A stretch of 64,000 nt of DNA from Octopus sinensis. Its lineage: Eukaryota. The stretch's first letter is position 1; each line of letters opens with the position of its first letter. The stretch spans positions 67,952,001 through 68,016,000 of the forward strand of contig NC_043005.1 of the NCBI RefSeq assembly GCF_006345805.1, given 5' to 3'. The notes under the pieces were generated by a model. It had not been told where the DNA came from. It searched no databases and saw only the letters and a program-made list of their open reading frames with translations. Both the position numbers and the translations under genes were made by a program. Positions 21,716 to 34,135 of the stretch are shown here, piece by piece.

Positions 21716-23488
21716 ATGTACCTTATGAAAGAAAATGACACACAGCGAATGAAAAAGTTTCTTAGCAGATATACCAAAAAACAAAGACAGGATATCGTTT
21801 CAACAAAACTAAACGGTTCTACTATTTTGTTTAATGCTTCCAATTCAGGAAATTTCGAACAAGTGTGTTATTTAATTCAAGACTGTAATGCTGATGTGGA
21901 ACAGAGAGGAAAATATGGCCGGATAAAATGTACTCCATTGTGGATTGCAATCCGGCGCAGCCATTTCTCAATTGTAATAATGCTTGTAGACTATGGTGCT
22001 GATGTAAACACCCACGCCAATGGTGGTCGGAGCGCTCTTAGCATTGGTTGCAAAAATGTAAAGATTGCTAATTTTTTGTTACGTCGAGGTGCTGATGTTA
22101 ATTCGATCGACGAACTAGATCGATCATGTTTAATGTATTCATCGTACCATTTGAATATGTGCTGCTTGCTTTTATCGTATGGTGCTAATATAAGTCAGAC
22201 AGACATGAGCAGCCGGAGTTCACTTCACTTTGCTGTCAAAAGGGGTCATTTGAAAATCGTTGAACTCTTTGTCGTCAACGGTGCTGATTTACATCTCGAA
22301 GACGTCCAAGGAAACACACCACTACAATTAGCTTCTTTAAAATGTCGTATGGCCATTACTGAATATCTTATACAGACAAACGATTACTCACCAGAGCATG
22401 TGGCCTGTGCTTACGAGCTTCTCGGTAGCCAACTTCTGATTGTAAGACACAACTACCAACGAGCTATCGATTTCTGGTCGAAGGCTCTGCAATTACGCCA
22501 GTCTTATCCGAATGGCATTCTAAAAAAAAACATGCATCCGGATCATGCAAACACGATGGGCATTCTTGGAACTGAATTTGAAACTCTAAGTGATCTTGTA
22601 AAAATTTCTCAGAGTTTAAATGATATGTGGACACAATCATTACTTGTCCAATTCAGGATCCTTGGACCTATGCATTCTACAACGATAAACTCGTTCATTT
22701 TAAAAGCGTACGACTTTATAAACCGACAAGATATCAGCTTGGGAGTGAATTTACTGACTTGTATATTTTATTTTTTCCGATATTATAATAATCCTTTTAA
22801 AGAGGTCATTTTCAACGTGATTGAAACTTTCAGTTCTTTGTTTAAAATTCGAAACAAAAAAACTCATGATGTACATGTTTCTCATCTCCTCGCATTTTTC
22901 CGCTGTATCATCCATCATATAACCACCCGCGTGGCAGCCTTTCTTCAAAAAATTAAAATTAAATGCAATAAATATAACTCTACAGATGTTGAACGATATC
23001 TTGTCGAAACGTTACGATTCACAGATTACATCATGGATTTCGATTTAACGGCAAATCAGTTGCTGAACTTGAAGAAGTTACTATACAACCTTATTAACCA
23101 ACAACTTCGAGGCATGGGTCAAACAAATATGTTGCATCTCTCAATCCGTATGACTTCTTCGACGCGTCTCCTGGCCATTCTCATTGAATGTGGCGAAAAT
23201 GTCGACGCGACTGATGACAGAGGTAACACGGCTATACATTATGTGATGGAACATCACGATTTCTTTCAGAACAGTCTCCTCAGGTGCTTAATCAATTATG
23301 GATGTCATGTAGACATGGTGAACAACGAAGGGCACTGCACGCTAGAGTACTTGCAGCATTTATTACCTTATCCACTTCAGCACATGAAACTCCAGTGCTT
23401 TGCAGCAAGAGTGATAAGACGAAATACTATCCCGTATCAACATTATGTTCCCAGCCACCTGGAAGAGTTCATCGCTTGTCACGGTTGA
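21716..23488 (+). CDS. FEM-1 family ankyrin-repeat/TPR CUL2 E3-ligase substrate adaptor (divergent FEM1A/C-like), 590-aa uninterrupted ORF
   Basis: N-terminal ankyrin repeats (TPLWIA, GADVN, SLHFA, GNTPLQLA); AYELLG..AIDFWSKALQLR and QSLLVQFRILGPMH match FEM1 TPR helices; C-terminal ankyrins (GENVDATDDRGNTAIH); terminal KLQCFAARVIRRNTIPY..VPSHLEEFI motif is typical of FEM1. A splice acceptor at 21667-21668 with an open frame into the ATG means the true start may lie in an upstream exon. Confidence 0.88.
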   Translation: MYLMKENDTQRMKKFLSRYTKKQRQDIVSTKLNGSTILFNASNSGNFEQVCYLIQDCNADVEQRGKYGRIKCTPLWIAIRRSHFSIVIMLVDYGADVNTHANGGRSALSIGCKNVKIANFLLRRGADVNSIDELDRSCLMYSSYHLNMCCLLLSYGANISQTDMSSRSSLHFAVKRGHLKIVELFVVNGADLHLEDVQGNTPLQLASLKCRMAITEYLIQTNDYSPEHVACAYELLGSQLLIVRHNYQRAIDFWSKALQLRQSYPNGILKKNMHPDHANTMGILGTEFETLSDLVKISQSLNDMWTQSLLVQFRILGPMHSTTINSFILKAYDFINRQDISLGVNLLTCIFYFFRYYNNPFKEVIFNVIETFSSLFKIRNKKTHDVHVSHLLAFFRCIIHHITTRVAAFLQKIKIKCNKYNSTDVERYLVETLRFTDYIMDFDLTANQLLNLKKLLYNLINQQLRGMGQTNMLHLSIRMTSSTRLLAILIECGENVDATDDRGNTAIHYVMEHHDFFQNSLLRCLINYGCHVDMVNNEGHCTLEYLQHLLPYPLQHMKLQCFAARVIRRNTIPYQHYVPSHLEEFIACHG

Positions 23489-23559
23489 TTTATTAATTGT
23501 AGAATTAACAACAGCACTAATACTAATATAATAATAATAACAATAATAATAATAATTTT

Positions 23560-26100
23560 GTTTTTTTATTTGTCAATAGGGCCACAAATTATTGGGCATT
23601 ATAAGGACAAATTACAAAACTGTTGTGATTTAAGCAGAATCAATTAAAGAACAAAAGTTAATTATAGAAGAAAAAAAAAAGAGGGGTTAAGTAGACCATT
23701 CTAATGGAGGACGGTCAGTTCAGGTCAGATACGACCCCTCAGATGTCATATTACTCTTATTGGCAGGGGCAAGTTTTCTTTCCTGGCTGTATTTTCCGAT
23801 TCACTTGGGCCATACTTACCACTCTCAGTCAGCTTTCAGAGAATGTTAAGAGGGCAACAGCTCCTTCTCCACCCTCGCCTCTCTCTCTAAATGGACCTTG
23901 AAGAAGTTGAGAAGGAATGTGTTAGTCCTCAACCCTTTTCAGTATTGTCCATCATACAGTCTTTATCTCTTCAGCTACCAAACAGAATATATGCCGACTG
24001 GCCCTTCCAGCCGAAAAGCGAATAAGACCCAGCTTTATACGAAACAACTACTGTTCGACGAAATACCATAAAAATCAGCAATGCTCGCACACAAGATAAA
24101 TATGTGCAGAACAGATTCGTCTCTTTTTGTGCATCTGAGACAAGCTGGCGACCCATCTATATCTGCAAGATTTATACCGAACAGGCCACACCAGGCTAGG
24201 ATTTTCTCGAAGTTGTTCATTGTTCCTGCGCTGAAAGTCTTCTAGAATAGACCTCACATTTCATCTTCGACGTCCAAAACCCCCCCCCCCCCCCAAGAGC
24301 GTCTTCTTCCATGCTCATCACTACCCTTTATAGAACGCAAGGCGTCCACCAATTGCATTGCCTGACTGGTAGCGGACTGTGATCGTCTGATGAAACTGAA
24401 GCCAGGTGCCCAAACTTGCTCTACATTTAACTCAGAACTGTGCTTTCGTCTTGAACACAAACTGTGAGAAAAGGTACTCGGCAAACGGCGATCGCACCTA
24501 CACGCCGTCAATGGATTTTTGCTAATATCAAAATCTCAGCGTACATGCTTTTGGATCATCATCTACGGCATACCGATCCATGGGTATTGGTACTAGCTGG
24601 ACATTCTGGTATCTCTTTCAAGAAGTAAAGGAGCTGTCGCTTTAATCTGGTCAGATGCAAACCGGAGTAAAGTAAGACAAATGTTAAAATACATAGGGGA
24701 AGTGTAGGTATTCGCAATATTTTCCATATCTTTTTGGGTTGGCTACTACGATTATAACCCCATTCCAGCACCAATCCACCTGGAAGTTTGGGAAGTTTCA
24801 GATCATAACCACTTTAAGGTAAGTTTGTTCAACGAAAGGTTACATCATCGCCACTGGTTGGCACGGACTTGCTTTTGAAGTGGCTGGGTTGCAAGCTAAC
24901 TGACTGGTCAATGCTTGTTCTTATCCTCTCATATTTCTTCAGTGTGGTTCTGAATTCCTCAATTTTTGATGTGACCGATACTATGACGATAACGTCATCT
25001 TCGTAAGCTGATGCTGCACTGAAAAAAGTTTGAGCGGGATGCCACATAACACTGCTATCTTGTACAGAAATAGTTTAAGAATCAAAGCACTCAAGAGCAG
25101 CGAACTAACAGATGTGTGTTTCAAAATGGTTTCCCATATGAGGTTATGTATTCTGACCACCGTGCAGGTGCAGCTGTATATTGAAACGATCAAGTGCACT
25201 CAGTACAGCTGCTAGGTAGAGACGACTGACCCATTCATACGACTTATAGTATAAAGTAGTTTGCCATTCATAGATCTTCCCAAGATTGCACTGGTTTGTG
25301 AAGACTCGACAATATTAAAGATTACAGCTATCGATCTTTTCGAGAACACCTTGACTAAAATGTTAAACTCTGCATGCAGACAGAGATATAGGTTTGAAAT
25401 TGATGTCGATATTTCGCTTGTTCTCATCCTTTTCCAGTTGCATTCTATGACTAGGAATGCTGACAACTACGATAGCCATAAATATCTGCTACTACCGTAA
25501 AGAATAAGTATAGCAGTGTTCATAAATTTCATAGTGTAAACCATCAAAACTCGTTGATTTGCCCCTCACAACCATGCGCTGCCAGTCGTATCTCAACTGC
25601 TTTCATCGGCTTTTCACAGCACTCCATTTCCTCTGGTGAGAGTCATAGTAGTAGGTGATGTATCTGTCGAAGGCTACTTTTGCCGATCCCTCAACTTCCC
25701 CCAAAGAAAAGAGGCAGGAGAAATCTCGATATATAATTGTACACACCTTCTCGGGGCAAATAGTATGCGTCCTCACTGTCTCTTAAATACTAGTTTGTAG
25801 ATTGTTTGGTGCACCTTTGCCATCTGATTCATCGAACGTACTCCTTCGGTTTATAGCGCGTGTCTTAGCTAAGACAACGCAACGTTCGTACTTCGCATCA
25901 AAGAAAAGATTAAGCGCCACTTTCATCGCTTGCACAGTTGTTGCAAGATCATTCATGATCACTTATTCCAATCGGCTAAATGGATACCTCTATAATCAAC
26001 GGTTACCAATGCCACGTCTTTGCTAAATTCTATTAATTCTACTCTAATGGCTCCCTTCAAATATGTCTGCCACTGATTGTTAGAGATCGACCTGTTAACT
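23560..26100 (-). mobile_element. Decayed L1/Tx1-clade LINE ORF2 (RT, C-terminal CCHC) with 3' end next to the FEM-1-like gene
   Basis: Broken frames give HAEFNILVKVFSKR..SQTSAILGRS (RT domains 1-2), SAYEDDVIVIV (YADD box) and SPACLRCTKRDESVLHIFILC (CCHC); AATAAA plus A/(TTA)n tail near 23540-23570 on the - strand. Confidence 0.72.
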
Positions 26101-26466
26101 TCACTTTAATTATCTCACCAAGCTTTCTCAGCTTTCAGTTAGTGAGTTTCTGTCGATGTAATCGATCTTGGTTGGCACTCAGAACACAGACTGTGGTCTC
26201 TGCAGTCAATAAAAACATGCGGACTTCTTACGATATCCTTACGGATGCAGTTTATTCAAGATAGTAATTGCAGATTCGGGAAATCCAGTTGGTACATGTG
26301 TTTACTGTTCAAAGACCAGTGAGGTTGAAGAGTTTGTCTGTGTTGATGTTTATCTTCTAATTGTCGGTTTTGTTGTTGCTATTTATACTGTTATTTGAAA
26401 AAAATTTTTTTTGTGCTGCTTTTGTTGTGATGGTGGCAGTTGATTGTCTGGTGTGATCTCTAGCAT

Positions 26467-27724
26467 CGCGTCACTATTTCTGCTTTTGGAAAATTGGATG
26501 CGCGTCACTATTTCTGTTTTCGGAAAATTTGATGCGTGTCACTATTTCTGTTTTCGGAAAATTTGATGCGCGTCACTATTTCTGTTTCCGGAAAATTTGA
26601 TGCGCGTCACTATTTCTGTTTTCGGAAAATTTGATGCGCGTCACTATTTCTGTTTCCGGAAAATTTGATGCGCGTCACTATTTCTGTTTCCGGAAAATTT
26701 GATGCGCGTCACTATTTCTGTTTTCGGAAAATTGGATGCGCGTCACTATTTCTGTTTTCGGAAAATTGGATGCGCGTCACTATTTCTGTTTTCGGAAAAT
26801 TTGATGCGCGTCACTATTTCTGTTTCCGGAAAATTTGATGCGCGTCACTATTTCTGTTTCCGGAAAATTTGATGCGCGTCACTATTTCTGTTTCCGGAAA
26901 ATTGGATGCGCGTCACTATTTCTGTTTCCGGAAAATTTGATGCTCGTCACTATTTCTGTTTTCGGAAAATTTGATGCGCGTCACTATTTCTGTTTCCGGA
27001 AAATTTGATGCGCGTCACTATTTCTGTTTCCGGAAAATTTGATGCGCGTCACTATTTCTGTTTTCGGAAAATTGGATGCGCGTCACTATTTCTGTTTTCG
27101 GAAAATTTGATGCGCGTCACTATTTCTGTTTCCGGAAAATTTGATGCGCGTCACTACTTCTGTTTCCGGAAAATTTGATGCGCGTCACTATTTCTGTTTC
27201 CGGAAAATTGGATGCGCGTCACTATTTCTGTTTCCGGAAAATTTGATGCTCGTCACTATTTCTGTTTTCGGAAAATTTGATGCGCGTCACTATTTCTGTT
27301 TCCGGAAAATTTGATGCGCGTCACTATTTCTGTTTTCGGAGAATTGGATGCGCGTCACTATTTCTGTTTCCGGAAAATTTGATGCGCGTCACTATTTCTG
27401 TTTCCGGAAAATTTGATGCGCGTCACTATTTCTGTTTCCGGAAAATTTGATGCGCGTCACTATTTCTGTTTCCGGAAAATTTGATGCTCGTCACTATTTC
27501 TGTTTCCGGAAAATTGGATGCGCGTCACTATTTCTGTTTTCGGAAAATTTGATGCGCGTCACTATTTCTGCTTTCGGAAAATTTGATGCGCGTCACTATT
27601 TCTGTTTCCGGAAAATTTGATGCGCGTCACTATTTCTGTTTCCGGAAAATTTGATGCGCGTCACTATTTCTGTTTTCGGAAAATTGGATGCGCGTCACTA
27701 TTTCTGTTTCCGGAAAATTTGATG
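26467..27724. repeat. Minisatellite of ~37 x 34-bp units (GATGCGCGTCACTATTTCTGTTTCCGGAAAATTT)
   Basis: Constant 34-bp period; only a few variant positions. Confidence 0.97.
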
Positions 27725-28320
27725 GTCGACAAAGTTGGTTTCTTTCTTCTCCCTTCTAACGGCAAAAGTTTTGTATCCTGTCTCTTTCTCTTTCGATAAC
27801 TAATTGACGAGGACTGAGGAAAGTTGAAAGAAGCGGCTTGATGATATGTGTGGACTTGTATTTTGTTTGTGTGTTTCCCCTCACCACTTCGTTTGACGTT
27901 AATCATTTCAAGTGTTTCGTTATTGGTACCCTTTCGTTACTGTATTTATTTTGAGATACTCTGAGTTTCTTTTAATTACTTTGAATATAACAAAGAATTT
28001 AGTAAAATAACTTAGTTATCATTCAGCTAGTGTTAGGAACATAAATTGTGACTAAGGTTTGGTGGAAGATTTTAATTCAAAACTTAGGAAAACACGACAT
28101 TTGTACTACAAAGCCAGAGCCGGTTTCAGCCGGGTTGGTAACAAAAGGGTTAAGTGTCTGCCGATGTTAGTGTGATTTCTTTTGATTGTTAGGGTTGTGT
28201 TAGCGGCAGTGCAGATCTTTCTTGACCGTCCTTCAGCCACGGGTTGGTGTTGTCATATGGGTGGCACCTGCACCTTCTACCTTACACCACAATGAGCTGG
28301 TGGTTGCTGTTTAATAGATA

Positions 28321-28722
28321 AGGCGGCGAGCTGGCAGAAACGTTAGCAAGCCGGGCGAAATGCTTAGCGGTACGTTGTGAGTTCAAATTCCGCCGAGGTC
28401 GACTTTGCCTTTCATCCTTTCGGGGTCGATAAATTAAGTACCAGTTACGCACTGGGGTCGATGTAATCGACTTAATACCTATGTCTGTCCTTGTTTGTTC
28501 CCTCTGTGTTTAGCCCCCTGTGGGTAATATAGAAATAGGTATTTCGTCTGCCGTTACGTTCCGAGTTCAAATTCCGTCGAGGTCGACTTTGACTTTCATT
28601 CTTTCGGGGTCGATTAAATAAGTACCAGTTACGCACTGGGATCGATATAATCGACTTAATCCGTTTCTCTGTCCTTATTTGTCCCCTCTGTATGTAGCCC
28701 CTTGTGGGCAGTAAAGAAATAT
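28321..28722 (+). mobile_element. Dimeric SINE family A insertion with one 15-bp TSD
   Basis: Full monomer plus a 5'-truncated monomer; GTTGCTGTTTAATAG at 28303-28317 and 28723-28737. Confidence 0.88.
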
Positions 28723-29825
28723 GTTGCTGTTTAATAGTATTCGAGACAATGTTTTAATTTCCTCACTATATTGTAATTTAATTTTTTATTCAATTAAGAT
28801 TTCGCAGTTATCACCCCTTTGTCTTGGCTATATTTCCTTAACATTTTATCTGTGTTGTAAGTTCAAATATATAAAGTGTGAGGTCCAATCAAATCCAGGG
28901 ACTGAATGGCATCAAGATTCATATATTTGACATGCTTCTTGTGAAACTGCGCCTTTTATAACGGTGCTTTTCTTCCGTATGTTATCTGAGCAACAATGCG
29001 GTGAATGGTGTTTTTATTAAGTGTTTGCATACATTCATGTAGTTTCTACTGAATCTACCGCTGAAACATTAGCAAAATGTTTTCTATGTATAAGACGCAG
29101 ATGTTTCTTACTTCGTTAAATTCTCTTATAAACACTTGGGACCTTTCAAATTAATGTATACTGTATCTCTCTACTATATGATTTGATAATGTAATGTAAT
29201 TGCTTAAGCATCTTCTATGCTGGTGAATGTGTACAAAAATATTTTTAAAAAGATATTTGGAAAACTATGACAGCACATCCTTCATCAGCTATCGACCAAA
29301 AGTCATCATAATTTTGACACTTTATTGATGATATTGTTCAGTTTGGCGGCGTCAGCAGGCAAAATGCTGCTGGGCTATAAATGAGTGAATATGAAGGACA
29401 GAATAAGACAAACACAAAGCAAGACAGGTTCCCTAGACAGAACGGTAGAAAGGACGAGTTATGAGGGGAACGGGGGGGGGGTATATAAAACCAAAGGAAA
29501 GTGATAGTAACGGACACACACACACACACACACATATTGTATTTCGGGACGGTCAACATTCGGTTTTCAATACAACGCACACTCAAACATGCACACCAAG
29601 AAAGATGTGTGTGTGTGTGTGTGTGCATGCTTACGTGCACGTGCGTATACGTGCATGCGCGTGAGTGCGTGCATGTACGCACGCGTGCGTGTTTAATGAC
29701 ACAGTAGATTGTAACTAGTCGAGGAGTGTGTGAATTATTACCATAAAGCGGGGACCAAATTTTGCGGTCCAACTGGTTGATATGTGGTGAGCTAAAACCC
29801 ATAAATCAGTTTGCGAAGTTCGATG

Positions 29826-30301
29826 GGATCGCTTCACTTTGACCGGCAGATTTTTAAAATAATTTCTTTGTAACTAAACACTTTTAAACTTCGTATACTG
29901 GTAGTGTGTTACATAAAACATCTTTTTCTCTTGGCTTTCTTGAGAAAATTCTGTAACTTGTAAGCTATTTGTTGTTTAATTTCTTGCATTTCGGCAATTT
30001 CAACCAATCAATGACATCTATTGAGGTGAATACAATTTCTGCCGTATTTTGTCAACAACATTTTCTGGCGGTGTCACATCAAATTTGTCACTGTTATTTA
30101 TGAGAAAAAAGATACCCCGTGGCCATAAATTGAGGGGTCACTCGTAAACAGAGCTGGATAACAAAACCGTTCCCTTTTTAGTGTCCACCCATAATTATGA
30201 CCCTAGTATCAATCTATTGCATTTCAATCTGTTTTATGGTTAGGGTTAGGGTTATGGTTAGAAATTGTTTTAAAAATCTGCCGGTCAAAGTGAAAAGATC
30301 T
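29826..30301. mobile_element. M1-related MITE with perfect 8-bp TSD GTTCGATG
   Basis: GGATCGCTTCACTTTGACCGGCAGATTTTT / AAAAATCTGCCGGTCAAAGTGAAAAGATCT; internal (GGTTAG)n. Confidence 0.88.
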
Positions 30302-30319
30302 GTTCGATGTGTATAGTAA

Positions 30320-30660
30320 AGGGTAAAGACCCCCTTCAGTCATGAATGACCATGGGATTGCACCTAGAAAGTTACCCTCCTAGACACAAGTCCGGGCAAG
30401 GTTGTTTATGGAAGACCAGCAGTCGCCCATGCATACCAGCCTCCCCTCTCCACGCCACTAGTGTTATCCAAGGGAAAGACAAAGGTCGATACAGCTTGGC
30501 ACCAGTGACGTCGCAACTCATTTCTACAGCTGAGTGAACTGGAGCAACGTGAAATAAAGTGCCTTGCTCAAGAACACAACACGCAGCCCGGTCCGGGATT
30601 CGAGCTCACAACCTCACGATCGTAAGCTCGACGCTCTAACCACTGAGTCATGCGCCTTCA
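30320..30660 (-). mobile_element. tRNA-derived SINE family C with 15-bp TSD CGATGTGTATAGTAA
   Basis: The - strand head GAAGGCGCATGACTCAGTGGTTAGAGCG...GAGCTCGAATCCC is followed by a TGTGTTCTTGAGCAAGGCACTTTA core; related copy at 49306-49580. Confidence 0.88.
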
Positions 30661-31520
30661 CGATGTGTATAGTAAGGTACTGTTATCAGTATAGCTCTCC
30701 AGTTCGTTTTCGAGATAAACTGTGTATGTTCTGCGGTCAATTTGTCTTTCTGATATGTTGAGGCCTGTGGTAAGTCATAACTATGAAACAGAGGTGAATT
30801 ATTTAGTGTACGTGAGTACATGAATGGTAATACAATGACATTTTGTAATAATATAATGAGATAATATTATTTAATAGTATAACATTATTATAATAAATAA
30901 TAATCCAATAATGTACTATGAGAATAATATAGCAATATTTTAAAGTAAAGTATGCAAAATATGATTGGTAGAGCGATGAAAGATGAAGTAAATTGATGAT
31001 GGAGAAGTTCTTTTGTATAGCATCGAAGGATCAGAACCTATCTCTTTCTGCCCGCACAAACCAAAATACGAAACAAAAAAATTAAAATTTGAAGACCACC
31101 AGTCCATATACAAAGCGAAAGAACACTATAAACAGAATCAACCTCTCTCGCACACAAATACGTATGTGTATTAAAACACACACACACACACACTATACAT
31201 CTACTAAATTTATAACGAAACTAGCTTAAGGTGACGCGCTCTACGCACGGGTGAGGGTGTGGTTGTTACTTTCTGTAGCTTCCTTTCTGTTTCTTATCGC
31301 CATGTTCTCCCTCTTTGTTTCTCTCTCCTTTCTCTCTCACTTGCCCACTATCTTACTCTTCCTTTCTCGTCGGACTCTCGATCGCTTTCTCTTATTCTCT
31401 ATCTTTCTCTATCTCTCTACCATTTATAAAAAATTAGATTTCCTCGCTTAAATTACGAATCCGCTTCCACTTTACCATGTTGAAAATTAGATTGAAATCG
31501 GGCAAAAGGTGTCCAATCTT

Positions 31521-31862
31521 AAAATAACTTAGCGGTTCGACAATCGAGATCGATAAAATAACTTAGCGGTTCGCCAAAGGTGATGGATAAAATAACTTAG
31601 AAGTTCGACAAACATGATCGATAAAATAACATAGCGGTTCGCAAAACGTGATCGATAAACTAACTTAGCGGTTCGCCAAACGTTTTCGATTAACAACTTA
31701 GTGGTTCGCCAAAGGAGATCGATAAAATAACTAGCGGCTCGCCAAACGTGATCGATAAAATAACTTAGCGGTTCTCCAATCGAGATCGATAAAATAACAT
31801 AGCCGTTCGCCAATCGTGAGCGATAAAATTACTTAGCGGTTCGCCAAAGGAGATCGATAACA
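31521..31862 (+). repeat. Minisatellite of ~10 x 34-bp units derived from SINE B internal sequence
   Basis: Unit TAACTTAGCGGTTCGCCAAAGGAGATCGATAAAA versus SINE B TAACTTAGCGGTTCGGCAAAAGAGACCGATAGAA. Confidence 0.9.
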
Positions 31863-32083
31863 AAGGTATGCTTATTTGCAGCTCAATTCGACTACATATG
31901 CACACATTATATATATATATATATAAATGGCGGTGCCCCAGCAAAATGGCGGTGCCCCAGCATGGCCACAGCTCATTAGTTGAAACTAGAAAAATCAAAT
32001 CAAAATCATATATATATACATACGCATTAAATATGTACATATATACGCATTATATATACATGTCTACATATATATATATTTAT

Positions 32084-32116
<33 letters not shown>

Positions 32117-32437
32117 AATTAACACAATATATCTGATTAATAATATCTGTTATGAGTGTGCGGTGGTGGTGGGCGATAATAATTCACCGTTCTAAAAGAC
32201 CTGTGGCGGGAATATTTAAACTTTTGCGGCTTTCAACGCTTTCTCTCTATAGGTACAGAGGTGAGAGAGGTGGTGGGAGAAAGAGTGACAGAGAGACGGT
32301 TTCAAGACAGTCAGATGCCCATCACACAATACCTTACTACAACTATTTGATGATAAATTATTTTCAGTGATGGAAAATATAAGTTTTAACAAGAGAACGA
32401 ACATCTTGTAGAATGTATTCAAGCAGAAAATTAACTA

Positions 32438-32667
32438 GCGGCGAGCTGGCAGAAACGTTAGCGCGCCGGACGAAATGCATAGCAGTATTTCGTCTGCCGT
32501 TACGTTCTGAGTTCAAATTCCGCCGAGGTCGACGTTGCCTTTCATCCTTTCGGGGTCGATAAATTAAGTACTAGTTACGCACTGGGGTCAATGTAATCGA
32601 CCTAATTCGTTTGTCTGTCTTCGTTTGTCCCCTCTATGCTTAGCCCCTTGTGGGCAATAAAGAAATA
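32438..32667 (+). mobile_element. SINE family A with 15-bp TSD AGAAAATTAACTAGC
   Basis: The TSD flanks both ends. Confidence 0.9.
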
Positions 32668-34135
32668 AGAAAATTAACTAGCTCAAAGCCAAAGTCAATG
32701 AAAATTTATATTTATAAAGACAGACAACGTCTTCTAAATTAGTTAACTTTCCTACTATTGTCTCTTTTCTCAGTCAATCTCTAACACTAAAAATTAGGTG
32801 TCTTTAAACGGTATAAACACTCCACCAAAAAACGTAGCCACTAACTTGAAAATTGAAGGTAAAGTAAATATCTTAACACCTAGAGGCCTACACATCACAG
32901 TGAAAGACCGACCATAAGCCTAATATCACGAACAAGCCATTTGTCAGACTAATAAACTGTCTTAAATGCAATCTAGGTATCATTAGCTAAGAAAATTATT
33001 CACATATTCATACTCAAAATAAAAACACTTGACTTTACTTCTCTGAAATAACACATGCGCTTTAATCAAATGTTTCAAACAGAACCCAAACAGAAATAAG
33101 TGACATTTTTACCATTTTGACATTAAAGATTATTATGCAATGTTGTCAGAACCAGCACTTATCGCCCTTCTGAACTTTAGCAAATCAATTATGATTATCA
33201 AAGTCTCAGAAATTGAGATGATATTACAAAGTAGAAAAATCTTTCCTCTTCCCCAACAGAGCATGTTGGGAAAAGAAAAATTAATGAACCATTTCAAGTG
33301 AGCATGGATAAAAAAAAAAATTTCACACCAAATACCCCCTGATTTCTGGCGTACTTTGTGTTCTGTATTAGACATACGCAAGAAGTAATTCAAAAGATGT
33401 TACTTAACACAAAGAAAAATGTTTCTCACTAAATGAATTAAGTATTAACAAATGAGTTAACAAAGCAGTCTTACTTGAATAATTAGATAAATGTTCGCTA
33501 TTTTCCTTTAACAAAAAAGAATTAGACATATGCAAATGAAGTATAAAATTTTTGTGACTCGAGATAACAGTCAAATGCAGTGCTATTATTATTATAATTT
33601 TTTTTTTTTTTGCAATGAAAAATTGAACACTTGGTAAATGTGAAAAAAATGAGATAAAAATGTTCATCGTTATCTTCTTAGCCAAGGAAAATCATTTGCA
33701 AATGAGGTATAAAGGTGTCTTTGCGAGAAACAGTAGCCAAAATTTCATTGTTAATTTTTCACGAAAGAAAATTTAGTGCTTGGAATGTAAAGAAAATATT
33801 GTGAGTTGAAAAAAAATGTTTTTTCAAAAAGAATATATAGGCGCGAATTTTTTCCGTTCGACGCCAAATAAGAGTTTGATCACATCTTTCGTTAGCTTCT
33901 TGTCAACAACTGTCTGTCGGAGTCTTGTCATCAACTACTTTCAAGCGGGAAACGCTTTATTAACTTCGGAGGGCTCAGATTAGCACAAAGACAATAATTT
34001 TGACTGGTAAAACTTCTTGACTACATGCGATTATTCTGTTAGATGATGTCATATAGAAAACATTTCTCCTTATAGTTGTGTAAATAAGTTTGCAGAAAGG
34101 TTAGGTGAGTCACGTAACTCTCTAGAGCAGTACTG

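Noticed and set aside
26467-27724. Regular 34-bp repeats as a CRISPR array
   Set aside because: Units abut with no unique spacers, there are no cas genes, and the context is eukaryotic.
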